NCBI GenBank assembly: GCA_002269645.1
Contig: NIVC01000559.1
Coordinates: 1-39,231 of the forward strand
Length of the DNA: 39,231 nucleotides
Direction: 5' to 3'
Source: Macrostomum lignano
Taxonomy: Eukaryota
The notes under the pieces are model-generated. The model did no database searches. It had not been told where the DNA came from and saw only the letters and a program-made list of their open reading frames with translations. Position numbers and translations under genes: made by a program. Shown piece after piece: positions 10,201-22,200 of this stretch. Position 1 is the stretch's first letter. Each line of letters begins with the position of its first letter.

Positions 10201-13200
10201 AAGTCCGCGCCGTCATCCGCTGATCCCTTGCAACCGCTGGGTCGACTATTGCCACAAAGTGTACACCGGCCTCAAAAGAACCGTTGCAACACAGAATGCC
10301 TTTAGCAGCATGCATTGCATCACCCCCGTGCCACCCGGAGGTGACCCCGGAGCACGCCAACCGCTCCGCCTGCTTCCGCACCATCGAGCGCCAGGAGTCA
10401 ATTCGGTTTCTCCAATGGAACGCCGGTGAGGTCTCCCTCAAGATTGCCGAACTTCAAGACCACACCAAACAACAGGAACAACCAATCAGCATAAAGGCAA
10501 CAAATACTAACCTAGCTTTAAATAACACACTTACCAAACATGACTGTCCGATTGAACTCCTCTCGCAGTTCCGCCACCGAGTCCGTCAGGTAGATTGTGA
10601 ACCGATCAGCATAGTCCACTCCGCTCCTTAAGGTGGCAGTTCGGTATCTGTTGTACGCCAGCACTGGAGCCGAGCCCTTCCAGCCTTCGTTGGCCCAGGT
10701 GCACCCATCGCGTTTGTCGGACACCATCCAGAAACCTCGATCATTGACACAACTACCGTAAGAAAATGAGGCCAAAAAGCGACGTTTCAAAGGGGCGTCC
10801 CCGTTAATACTAAAGTAGTTCATGCTTTGTTTCGGATCGATATTGAATGGATACGACGAGACGAGTCGAGAGCGCGAGAACCAGTTCATCAGTGTGATCT
10901 CGTCGGTCTTCTCTGACAAGTCAAACACCATCCGAGCGCCCACGCGATCGTCCTTCTCCATCTCAGCGACAATATTTGTCTTTCCTGATTGCTTCACAGT
11001 GAGGGCGAGTTGATCGAGCAGGTCAGATCTGTAGACAGGAGGCAGAGACCCGTCAGTCGGAGCCTTGTAGTTCTGCTGGACAGAGTACGCAGACAAGGCC
11101 TCGGTGTTGATATTGGATTTGATCGTGAACAGCACTTGCTTGTTGCCATCTGCAATTATTAGATATTTAAAAATTCGCCATCAACGTTGGTTACATTGAT
11201 GTTTGTTTTTTTCTGAAGCTCCAAAGTTGAGACGTTTACAGGTAGAATCCTAAAATTAGTGATCTGTTTTTTACCAGTACTCTCCTATGCGTCATAAAGA
11301 AGTAACTCAAACTTAACTTAACTAAAGCGGGTCAATTCAATTACGACTAACCATACACTGCTTTTGATCACATGCACTGGACCTTACGAGCATTTAGAGC
11401 AAAATATTGGCATAAAGCATATCGTACCAACAATGAGCGGCTTCTTAAACTCGGCCCGTGGATCCAGTACCTCTTTCGCAAGATAAATTATTAGCCTGTC
11501 CGCGTAGCCCACGCTTTCGTGGAACGATCGACCCTGCTCTCGGTTGTAGGCCAGACTCGGAGGAGAGCCTCGCCAGCCTCGAGTTACCCAGTCGCAGCTG
11601 CCGCGCGAGTCAGACACCATGATGAAGCCTGAATCTCTGGTGCAACCTCCATAGTGGTTGCTGATGTAGAATTTTCGGCTAGCATCCCCTTCCAAAGAAA
11701 AGTAGTTGAACTCTTTCCGACTAATTGGATAAGGGTAAGATGAGTACAGTCTTAACAGCGAAACCAGTTCTCTTTGTCGAGCTTGTCAGTGTCGGTGGAA
11801 ACATCGAATGCCACTTGAGAGACGACTTTATTGTCTTTGCGCATCTCGACGACCATCTTGGTCATTCCCGACTGCCTCACAGCTCGAGGAAGCTCGTCGA
11901 TGAGATCGGATCTGTAGACCGGAGGCAGAGATCCATCGGCAGGCATTTTGTAGTTTTGTTGATGTTTGAATGTCTCCAGAGCCTTCAACTGCACGTTCGG
12001 AACAATAGTGAACAACAGCTGTTTGTCGTTTTCTAAATTGGAAAGTGATGCAGGTTTGAATATTTTTTACAGTACTTATTTCTGGTGAATAAGTTTTGTT
12101 CACCTTAGTAAGTAATATTCGAGAATTTAATGGCTTTACATGCACCGATTCAATTTATTCGTAACCTCACACACAAATCTTTCCATTCGAGTAGAAATCA
12201 AGTTAAATACAGTAAAATCCGATACAATTCATACATAGCATTTGCAGCCAGTTAGCTTTGGAAGGTCAAATTGCGCGCGGTGTACCAAGAGAGTGCATTG
12301 GTACCACCGTCATCAAAGTTTGTTTTACGGGAAAAGTGAGTAGGAAGCGGGTGCAAGAATGGAAGAAGGGAGGTGGGTGGAAGTGCAAAGAATACGGCTC
12401 GTAGGCTGCGGACGAAGCAAAGTGCGCCAGGAGCAGATGGATGGTGAACAGAGAGACGGATGTTGGTAACGCCGAGAAGGAGAGGGAAGAGGTCGGAAAG
12501 CAGCCCGGTTGGAACGTGTTACAGTGGAACTGCGGTCATCTACACGCTAAAAAACGGAGCTGGCCGGGCTGCTGGAGAAAAAAGAAATCGACATAGCGCT
12601 GCTTCAGGAAGCGAAAATAAGGATGGAAGATCCGCACCCGTACGTATCAGGGTTCAAGCTGCTGAAGCAAGACAGGCACAGAGAAGCAGGATGCTGGAGA
12701 GCGAGAGAAGTAGGACTGGCTGTCTACATTAGAGGTCTATGCTACAAGAAGCGGCAGGCCCCGGGGCGGGCTTGATGGAGGGCGGCTTGAAGCGATGGCG
12801 ATGGAGGTCCAGAAAGCTTGTGGAGAGATGCTGTGCGTGCTTAACTGCTACATGCCCCCAAATGCGGATGGTAATTGGAAGGTAAGCGCTGAATAGAATG
12901 CTAGGGAGCGAGAGATGGCTAGTCGGTGGCGACACCAATGCCCACGACGAGGTGTGGGACGGTACAGAGGCTTGACAGTATGCTCAGGTGTAAGAAGGGC
13001 TCTACCAGGTGGAGGCTGGCGGAAGACAGAGGGAGCAGGCGTTTGAATAGGCCGAACTAGAACCGACTGGTTTTGGAGCTGATGAAGAAATGGGAGCAGA
13101 AGGTACCAAGATTCGCGGATGTGAAGAGGGTGATGTCCAGCAAGAAGTGGAGAGGAATTATGAGTAACATCCAGGCGGAAGGGGTTCGACCGGTCGAGAC

Positions 13201-16200
13201 TGAGGAGTGCAAGTGTCTGATTTATGTCCCATTAGCAATTGGACATAAGCAAATGGGCATCGCTTGTATCAAGGAGGCCGGAGTTAAAGCGGATGTGATT
13301 AACTTTACGGATGGATCGGTTGACAGCGATGCCGCTGGTGTAGGTGGCATTGTCGTCAAGGGCAGAAGCATGGAGCTGACGTTAGAAAGGAGGAAAGTGC
13401 CCGGAGGCAAGCTCGCGTCTTCCACCAGAGCTGAAATGTACGCTTTGTGGGCGTTAGGGTTAGTTGTGCGCCTGCCTAGCAGTCTATGGTTTGTGTGTAC
13501 GCTTGGTGTCCCCCTCCTATGTACGTATGGTGGGGTGGTTGTTGCGAGAGACTGAGCTAAATATAATATAAGGTATTGCACGCCTCTTAGTGAGCGATTA
13601 ATTGTTGATTTTTTCTTGTTAGCTAAATTGACGGCCCTCAGACTTGTTCAATTTCTACAACATGGCGCCCGAACTGAAATCACAGTAAAGTGAAAGTATT
13701 GGCTCTATAGTGCTCCAGTGACTCAGCGATTTCTTATCAGTTCAGCATGGATTCCAAAAAGCGTGGAGTTTTGAGAGCGAAGGTCACCAGATTGGCTCAG
13801 AAAGCCCTAAGACCTGCTCAACTCAGAGGCTGCTGAGGATGACATCGACAGCGTACTGGAAGCCCTGCACCTCAAAAAGCAACAGCTGCTGGCAGCGGAT
13901 GAAGAGCTGTCCGTTGAGATCGACGAGAAAATACTCCAATGGGAAGTGGAGAAGACGATGGAGTACGAGCTGTTGGCTGGGAAGATGATTTCGAGTCTCG
14001 CCAAGCGACTGCAGAGTCTTCAGGCCGAGCGAGAAAGCCGCATGCAGGCTAAAGAGCAACAGCAAACGAAAGAGTCAACTCCATCCACGTCACCGCGAGA
14101 GAATGCTGCTTTGACGACTACGCCAGCCATTAGGCTGCCCAAGCTGCCGCCAATAGCATTCAATGGAGATCGTACGCAATGGACTGCATTCTGGGACAGC
14201 TTCAGCTCCAGCATCCACGACAACCCGAGCCTCAGCGTCGTCGACAAGTTTAGCTACCTGCAATCGTGCCTTTCAGAAGCCTAGAATTCGATCGCCGGCC
14301 TTAACATCACAGCCGAGAACTACAAGATCGCGATCGATAACCTGCAACGACGGTTCGGATCCTGGAGTGGAGCCGTGCGCGAGCATCTGGCGTAGTTCTC
14401 GGCGCTGACTTGTTCAGGTGCTTCAGTCCACCACCTCAGAAACTTCTACTATCAAGTCAACGGCAATGTCCGCAGCCTGGAGAATCTCGGGGTGAGTGTT
14501 ACTTCATACGAGACTATGTTGCTGCCCAAGTTGCTAGCGAAGTTACCGGAAGTGGTCCGCCGCGGGATGCTTAGAACTGCCAGGATGGTTGCCGTACGGC
14601 CTTTCTATGGTGACAGTCAGCTACAGGTGACGGATGAGAACAGCTTAGATTTGATTAAGGAATTCCTCAGTGTCTTGGACTTAGAAATCCTGGTTAGAGA
14701 AGAAGCTGTTCTCGGAGCAGGAGTTCAAGCAGCCAGTTCATCGAAGGCTTCCACGGTCGACAAGCAAACCAAGGAAGGCACGGTATCCGCTTTACAGACG
14801 AAGGCTACGAAGGCTACGAAGGTCGCCAGAGCCAGCAACGTGTGTCCTTTTGTGACGCTGAACATGCTCCGGAGAGTTGCAATCGACTGGTGGATGTGCC
14901 TTCTAGGCTTAAGTTCTTGAAAGAACAAAGACGCTGCTTCAATTGCCTCTCTAAAGGTCATGCCACAAAGACTTGTTATCAAAAGAAGCGGCGTGACGTC
15001 TGCAAGTTACAGCATCATCCCAGTCTCTGCGCTGCGCGAGTAGAACGGCCACCGAGACCGACAGACAAGACGCCTAGTTGCACCTTCGATACGGCGGGTT
15101 CAGGGAAGAAGAAAGTCGAACAGTCGGCCGCTCAGAGTGTCAAGAGCCACGAAGTAAAGACTATGGCGATGGTCACCAAGGCCCAGACAGTAGTTCTTCC
15201 TACTGCGGGAGCTGTACTAATTTCACAAGATGGCTGCAGTGAAACACGGGTTCGAATTCTCTTTGACTCTGCGAGCAACCGTTTCTTCATCCCGTCGGGC
15301 GTAGCTGAGCGTATGGGACTCTGTGTGATCGGCAAAGAGACAATACAATGGAAGTGAGGACATTTGGAGGCACCGAGCCCAAGGTCTTACAAACGGAAAA
15401 GGTCGAGTTCCAACTTCGCAAGCTTGACAGCGTCACTCCCTTTACATTGCGCACCAACACAGTACCCTACATCTGCTCTCATCAGCTAGTTGTCAACAGC
15501 TTGCGCAGCGATCACTTCCCACATCTGGATCTGGCAGACTGGGACATCGGCAGCGAGCAGCATCCAGAGATCAACATCCTCATAGGAGCTTACCAGTTCT
15601 ATGACCTTGTCACAGGACAAGTGGATCGTTCTGAGAGCAGCACCGGGCTGGTTGCGGTAGCAGGTCAGCTTGGGTGGCTCCTGTGTGGCTCCTTGTCCGA
15701 CGCCATTTCGGCAGGAGGACTGGAAGACAAAAAAGAGCAAGTGCTTCTCTGCTGCACACACGGAGCCAACAAAGGCCTTGACAACTGTTCCATGGAGACG
15801 TTTTGGACGCTTGAAGGCATTGGCATTACCAGCGCATCCGAACCCGAGCATCGGCCTTTCGAATTGGGCACTCAATTCTAGGATGGGCGCTACTCAGTCA
15901 AGCTGCCGTGGAGGCTTACCAAGGAGGAATTGACCTTACCGGACAACTTCGACGTGGCATTCAAGAGGCTTCAGGGCAACCTGAGCAGGCTGCGCCGTGA
16001 ACCCGCACTGCTGCAGGAGTACCACCGCATTCTGATGAGCCAGAAAGAAGCTGGAATAGTGGAGGAGGTTCCCGACGGCACGCACCATGTTGTCCACTAC
16101 TTGCCTCACCGAGCAGTGATTCGTCCTGAAGCAGATTCGACGAAGGTTAGAGTGGTTTTCGATGCCAGTGCTAAGCGAGGTCGGTGGAGCTCGTCCTTGA

Positions 16201-19200
16201 ATGAGTGCTTGGAGACTGGATCGTGTTCGTTGGTCGAGATTCCTCGTCTTCTTAAAGCATTCCGGTTTCATCCGATCGCTCTTACAGCTGATATTGAGAA
16301 GGCGTTTCTTCAGATTCGCATTGCTGAAGAAGATCGGGATGCACTGCGGTTTATCTGGCCACAGGATCCAAGTCGAGCTGAATCGCCACTCGTTGTTCTT
16401 CGTTACGCCGCTCTGGTGTTCGGACTCACCTGATCACCTGCGATTCTGGAGACGGTCATTCAACATCATTTAGCATCTCATCGGGACCAGGATGCGCAGT
16501 TCGTGGACAAAGTATCGAAAGAGATCTATGTGGACAATCTAATCTCTGGGTGTGCAAGCGAACGGCAAGCCATGGAACTCATCCAAAAATCTCGTCACGT
16601 CTTCCGCCAGGCAGGAATGAATCTACGCCATTGGCAGTCCAACAGTAAAGCGGTTTTGTCCGCAGTTCGAGCTAGCGCTACAGACCAGGACATTCTGGCT
16701 CCAGCCCTGTCAGTAGAGACTCTCAGAATGACGGAAGATCACGGGAGCTATTCCTCCGCCTCATTGGGTGAGGAGGGCGTGTTGTCGAAGGTCCTTGGGT
16801 TGCACTGGGAAACCGGATCGGACGTGTTCGTGCTTCGGTTCTCACCACCAGAGGGGTTACTCAGAGCTACGCAGTCCAAGCGAGTCATGCTACAGCTTCT
16901 GGCACGTGTCTATGATCCTCTCGGCTTCCTAGTTCCACTGCTGACTTGGCCGAAAACAATGTTTCAGACGCTCTGTGTCCGCAAAGTTGCTTGGGAATGC
17001 CCGCTCGATGAGCCGACTGAACAGCTGTGGCAGAAGTGGCTGCAGGACATGCTGAAAGCACGATTCCAGGTACCACGGCTGGTGCTTTTCGCGACACGGG
17101 TGGTCCAAGAGATGCAGCTGCGTGGCTTCTGTGGCGCATCCGCAAAGTGCTACGCGGCTTGTCTCTACCTACGAGTTCAGTACACCGACGGTTCTGTCAG
17201 CTGTACCCTGGTGACGGCGAAGGCCAGAGTGGCTCCACTATCGGCCCTGTCGATTCCTCGGCTGGAACTATTAGGCGCCCTGATACTGGCCAGACTAGTG
17301 ATTTCAGCCCTGAGTCAACATCCTCAAGTCCGCCAAGTTTTCTGCTGGACAGATAGTGCCGATACTCTGTACTGGATCCGACAGCACAAGCCCTGGAAGC
17401 TCTTTGTTCACAATCGAGTCTCTGAGATCCGCCGGCTGCTTCCGGAGGAATCATGGCGACACGTGCCAAGCAATGAGAACCCTGCCGATGTTGCATCTCG
17501 CGGCACTTCGGTCGACAAGCTGAAGACTGATATCAGCTGGTGGCATGGTCCTGATTGGCTGACTCGACCTCCAGAATGCTGGCCTGACCAATCCTTTCTC
17601 AATCTAATCTCAGCAACGGCAGACGAGGAGCAGAAGTCATCAGCAGACAAATCAATCGTCCTACTCACTGATGTTTTTCCGGAAATGGGATTGCATCGAG
17701 TTATACCAGATTCGGATTTCTCCTCCTGGACCAAGCTTTTTAGGGTGACGGCTTACGTCTTTCGATTTGTCAAGAACCTGCAAGTTCAAACTTCTGCAGC
17801 GGGGGAGGAGCGAGCAGGAACTTTGACAGCTGCAGAAGTGTCAGAAGCAGAGGAGCGTTGGCTGAAAGAGGTACAACGAAGGAGTTTCCCTGCTGAAATT
17901 GCTCACTTTGAAAGGTCGACAGCATCTACGGACCTCGCAAAGCAGCTAAATCTCTTCCTCGACAACAAAGGTCTGCTCCGAAGTCGGGGTCGATTGAGAG
18001 AATCAAACGTTGGTGCAGCTGCTGATTGCCCCATCCTCATCCCGAACAAGACTCATCTAGAAGTTCTCCTCATATGAGATGCGCACAGCAAAGTTCTGCA
18101 CGGGCGAGTTCCAAGCACCCTTTGCAAACTGCGTGAGAAGTTTTGGCTGATCCGTGGCAGGCAGCGAGTGAAGGCAATTCTTGGAAAATGCGTCGTCTGC
18201 AGGCGTCTTCAGGGACTCCCGTTCGCTGTGAAGCAAGTTCCTGCGTTGCCAGAATCTCGCGTGAAAGCAATGAGAGCGTTCGAGTTGAGCGGGTTCGACT
18301 ACTGTGTTCCGGTCAAGCTGAGAGAAGACACTGCTGTCGAGAAGGGCTACATCTTGGTGTTCACGTGCGCAGCAACGCGAGCGCTTCATCTAGAACTGGT
18401 GAAAGACCTAACTACTGAGACCTTCTTAAGAGCCCTAAGGAGATTCTGTGCAAGAAGAAGTATCCCTAGTCTCATCAGCGATAACGCTAAGACGTTCGCC
18501 AAAGCCGCGCGGATATTGCAAGCATCGGAGAGTCAAAAGGTTCAGGAGTTCTGCGCCACTCGGATGATTACCTGGCAGTTCATCACCGAACGCGCACCCT
18601 GGCAAGGAGGCTTCTGGGAGCGACTGATGAAGGACATCAAGCTGGCGCTGCGCAAAACCCTTCTGAATGCAAGTCTAACACTGGACAAACTGCTGACAGT
18701 GATCATGGAGGTGGAGGCGGTGCTCAAATGCCGCCCTCTGCACTACGTGGATTCCGAGCCAGAAGGAGAAGTTCTGACACCGGCACACTTCCTGGTATTG
18801 CAGCGGCTGACGGCGGAGCCTACTTCTAGTTGCGCGCCAGATCTTCTGCTACCGTTGCCAAGACTGCTGAAGCAAATGCGCGCCAGACTTCACGCCTTCT
18901 GGGACTGCTTGAAGCGGCAGTATCTGACCAGCCTGCGTGAACATCGGCTCAATCCCAAGCACGGCGTGATCCGAGAGGCGAAGGTCGGTGACATCGTCCT
19001 GGTAAAAGGCGAAGCTGGCCAACCGAGGCTCACCTGGTGTACTGGCATTATCGAGGCGGTGCAGCCGGGACGAGACGGAGCAGTGAGATCGGCAACAGTT
19101 CGAGTCGCGCATAGGCCAGGCCGCGGACCCAGGAGATGCTTGATTCGCCGGCCGGTTGGGACCAGATTTTGCTAGAAGCCGTGACTCAGTGAACTGTTAT

Positions 19201-22200
19201 TGACTTTTCGAAAGCTGACAGTGACTATTGACATCTGACTTCTCAGTCTTTATCTCTCCTTGGTTTCAATCTTCAAGTTCTTATCCCAGCATATCGTGCT
19301 CGTGCTCTGTGAGTAAACTTTTCAACGTGACATTTGGTTTTCTCAAATTTACAGTACGCTGGTGACGGTGCTTACATTTTTGCTCCTTGGCGCCTTTTGT
19401 GTTCCTGCTTTTTCGATAATTTACAGTACTCTGGTGATGGTGCGTTACATTTACAGTTACGCTCGTAAGTTTCAAATCTGCTGTAATGTTGGTTCGTATT
19501 TTGTTGTTTATTTCGTTTGTTTTTTTGCTATTCGTTTCGTTTAATTTCATTTAAGTTCAAAGCGAGTTTCGTTTTTCGAATATCAATGTTAAGTTCTGTA
19601 ATGATGAAGCATCATTAGGGGGAGTGTTAGGGTTAGTTGTGCGCCTGCCTAGCAGCCTATGGTTTGTGTGTACGCTTGGCGTCCCCCCTCTCTGTACGCA
19701 TGGTGGGGTGGTTGTTGCGAGAGACTGAGCTAAATATATTATAAGGTATTGCGGGCCTCTCAGTGAGCGATTAATTGTTGATTTTTTCTTGTTAGCTAAA
19801 TTGACGGCCCTCAGACTTGTTCCATTTCTACAACAGTGGGATATCAGCAATAGAAGCAGAAGCTGCAGCAGCCCATCGTATCAACCGGTATGGAAAGCCG
19901 TGTTATTAAAAACGACGTTCTTTTGCCTCTACTGAGCCACTCGGCGATACCGGACCCCGTCAAGTCGATCGCCGGCCGTTGCGCAGGTGCGCCCTTTGTG
20001 AAAACTGCTGCGACCCGGGATCCGAACATGGCCTGTTGCGGGGGCTGAAGCCACAAAGTCCGCGCCGTCATCCGCTGATCCCTTGCAACCGCTGGGTCGA
20101 CTATTGCCACAAAGTGTACACCGGCAACACAGAATGCCTTTAGCAGCATGCATTGCATCACCCCCGTGCCACCCGGAGGTGACCCCGGAGCACGCCAACC
20201 GCTCCGCCTGCTTCCGCACCATCGAGCGCCAGGAGTCAATTCGGTTTCTCCAATGGAACGCCGGTGAGGTCTCCCTCAAGATTGCCGAACTTCAAGACCA
20301 CACCAAACAACAGGAACAACCAATCAGCATAAAGGCAACAAATACTAACTTTGCTTTAAATAACACACTTACCAAACATGACTGTCCGATTGAACTCCTC
20401 TCGCAGTTCCGTCACCGAGTCCGTCAGGTAGATTGTGAACCGATCAGCATAGTCCACTCCGCTCCTTAAGGTGGCAGTTCGGTATCTGTTGTACGCCAGC
20501 ACTGGAGCCGAGCCCTTCCAGCCTTCGTTGGCCCAGGTGCACCCATCGCGTTTGTCGGACACCATCCAGAAACCTCGATCATTGACACAACTACCGTAAG
20601 AAAATGAGGCCAAAAAGCGCCGTTTCAAAGGGGCGTCCCCGTTAATACTAAAGTAGTTCATGCTTTGTTTCGGATCGATATTGAATGGATACGACGAGAC
20701 GAGTCGAGAGCGCGAGAACCAGTTCATCAGTGTGATCTCGTCGGTCTTCTCTGACAAGTCAAACACCATCCGAGCGCCCACGCGATCGTCCTTCTCCATC
20801 TCAGCGACAATATTTGTCTTTCCTGATTGCTTCACAGTGAGGGCGAGTTGATCGAGCAGGTCAGATCTGTAGACAGGAGGCAGAGACCCGTCAGTAGGAA
20901 CCTTGTAGTTCTGCTGGACAGAGTACGCAGACAAGGCCTCGGTGTTGATATTGGATTTGATCGTAAACAGCACTTGTTTGTTGCCATCTGCAATTATTAG
21001 ATATTTAAAAATTGGCCATCAACATTGGTTACATTGATTTTTGTTTTTTCTGAAGCTCCAAAGTTGAGACGTTTACAGGTAGAATCCTAAAATTAGTGAT
21101 CTGTTTTTTACCAGTACTCTCCTATGCGTCATAAAGAAGTAACTCAAACTTAACTTGACTAAGCGGGTCAATTCAACTACGACTAACTATACACTGCTTT
21201 TGATCACATACACTGGATTTACGAGCATTTAGTGCAAAATATTGGCATAAAGTATATCGTACCAACAATGAGCGGCTTCTTAAACTCGGCCCGTGGATCC
21301 AGTACCTCTTTCGCAAGATAAATTATTAGCCTGTCCGCGTAGCCCACGCTTTCGTGGAACGATCGACCCTGCTCTCGGTTGTAGGCCAGACTCGGAGGAG
21401 AGCCTCGCCAGCCTCGAGTTACCCAGTCGCAGCTGCCGCGCGAGTCAGACACCATGATGAAGCCTGAATCTCTGGTGCAACCTCCATAGTGGTTGCTGAT
21501 GTAGAATTTTCGGCTAGCATCCCCTTCCAAAGAAAAGTAGTTGAACTCTTTCCGACTAATTGGATAAGGGTAAGATGAGTACAGTCTTAACAGCGAGAAC
21601 CAGTTCTCTTTGTCGAGCTTCTCTGTGTCGGTGGAAACATCGAATGCCACTTGAGAGACGACTTTATTGTCTTTGCGCATCTCGACGACCATCTTGGTCA
21701 TTCCCGACTGTCTCACAGCTCGAGGCAGCTCGTCGATGAGATCGGATCTGTAGACCGGAGGCAGAGACCCATCGGCAGGCATTTTGTAGTTTTGTTGATG
21801 TTTGAATGTCTCCAGAGCCTCCAAGTGCACGTTCGGAACAATAGTGAACAACAGCTGTTTGTCGTTTTCTAAATTGGAAAGTGATGCAGGTTTGAATATT
21901 TTTTACAGTGCTTATTTCTGGTGAATAAGTTTTGTTCACCTTAGTAAGTAATATTCGAGAATTTAATGGTTTTACATGCACCGATTCAATTTATTCGTAA
22001 CCTCACACACAAATCTTTCCATTCGAGTAGAAATCAAGTTAAATACAGTAAAATCCGATACAATTCATACATAGCATTTGCAGACAGTTAGCTTTGGAAG
22101 GTCAAACAACCAGGAGACCCAGTGGGTCGTCAATAACAACAATATCAATGACAGCAGCAGCAGCAGCACAGCCCCCACATCTCCATCCCTACGGCACGTT

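Larger units (their letters stand above)
13452..19835 (+). mobile_element. Full-length decayed BEL/Pao LTR retrotransposon
   Basis: 211-bp direct LTRs, 5-bp TSD GTGGG (13447-51 and 19836-40), PBS, polypurine tract, and gag-PR-RT-RNase H-integrase order. Confidence 0.95.

Noticed and set aside
10284-10631. Thrice-repeated plus-strand ORF QHRMPLAAC...HSAP as a conserved antisense gene
   Set aside because: It runs from a LINE fragment across intron into the antisense of exon B; it recurs only because the whole cassette was duplicated.
10518-11135. Treating each ~205-aa ORF as a separate gene (tandem gene family)
   Set aside because: The listed starts are mostly non-ATG codons just inside splice acceptors. 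Homology extends upstream to an AG, and the tails after G|gt are intron read-through.
16431-16433. Programmed stop read-through in BEL pol
   Set aside because: The TGA replaces the Ser of the conserved FGLxSSP motif (TCA to TGA), and the element has several other lesions; this is decay.
11150-21262. Apparent paradox of near-identical cassettes around an older LTR insertion
   Set aside because: By hand count, intron divergence (~4%) is close to LTR divergence (~6%); the higher exon identity is explained by purifying selection.
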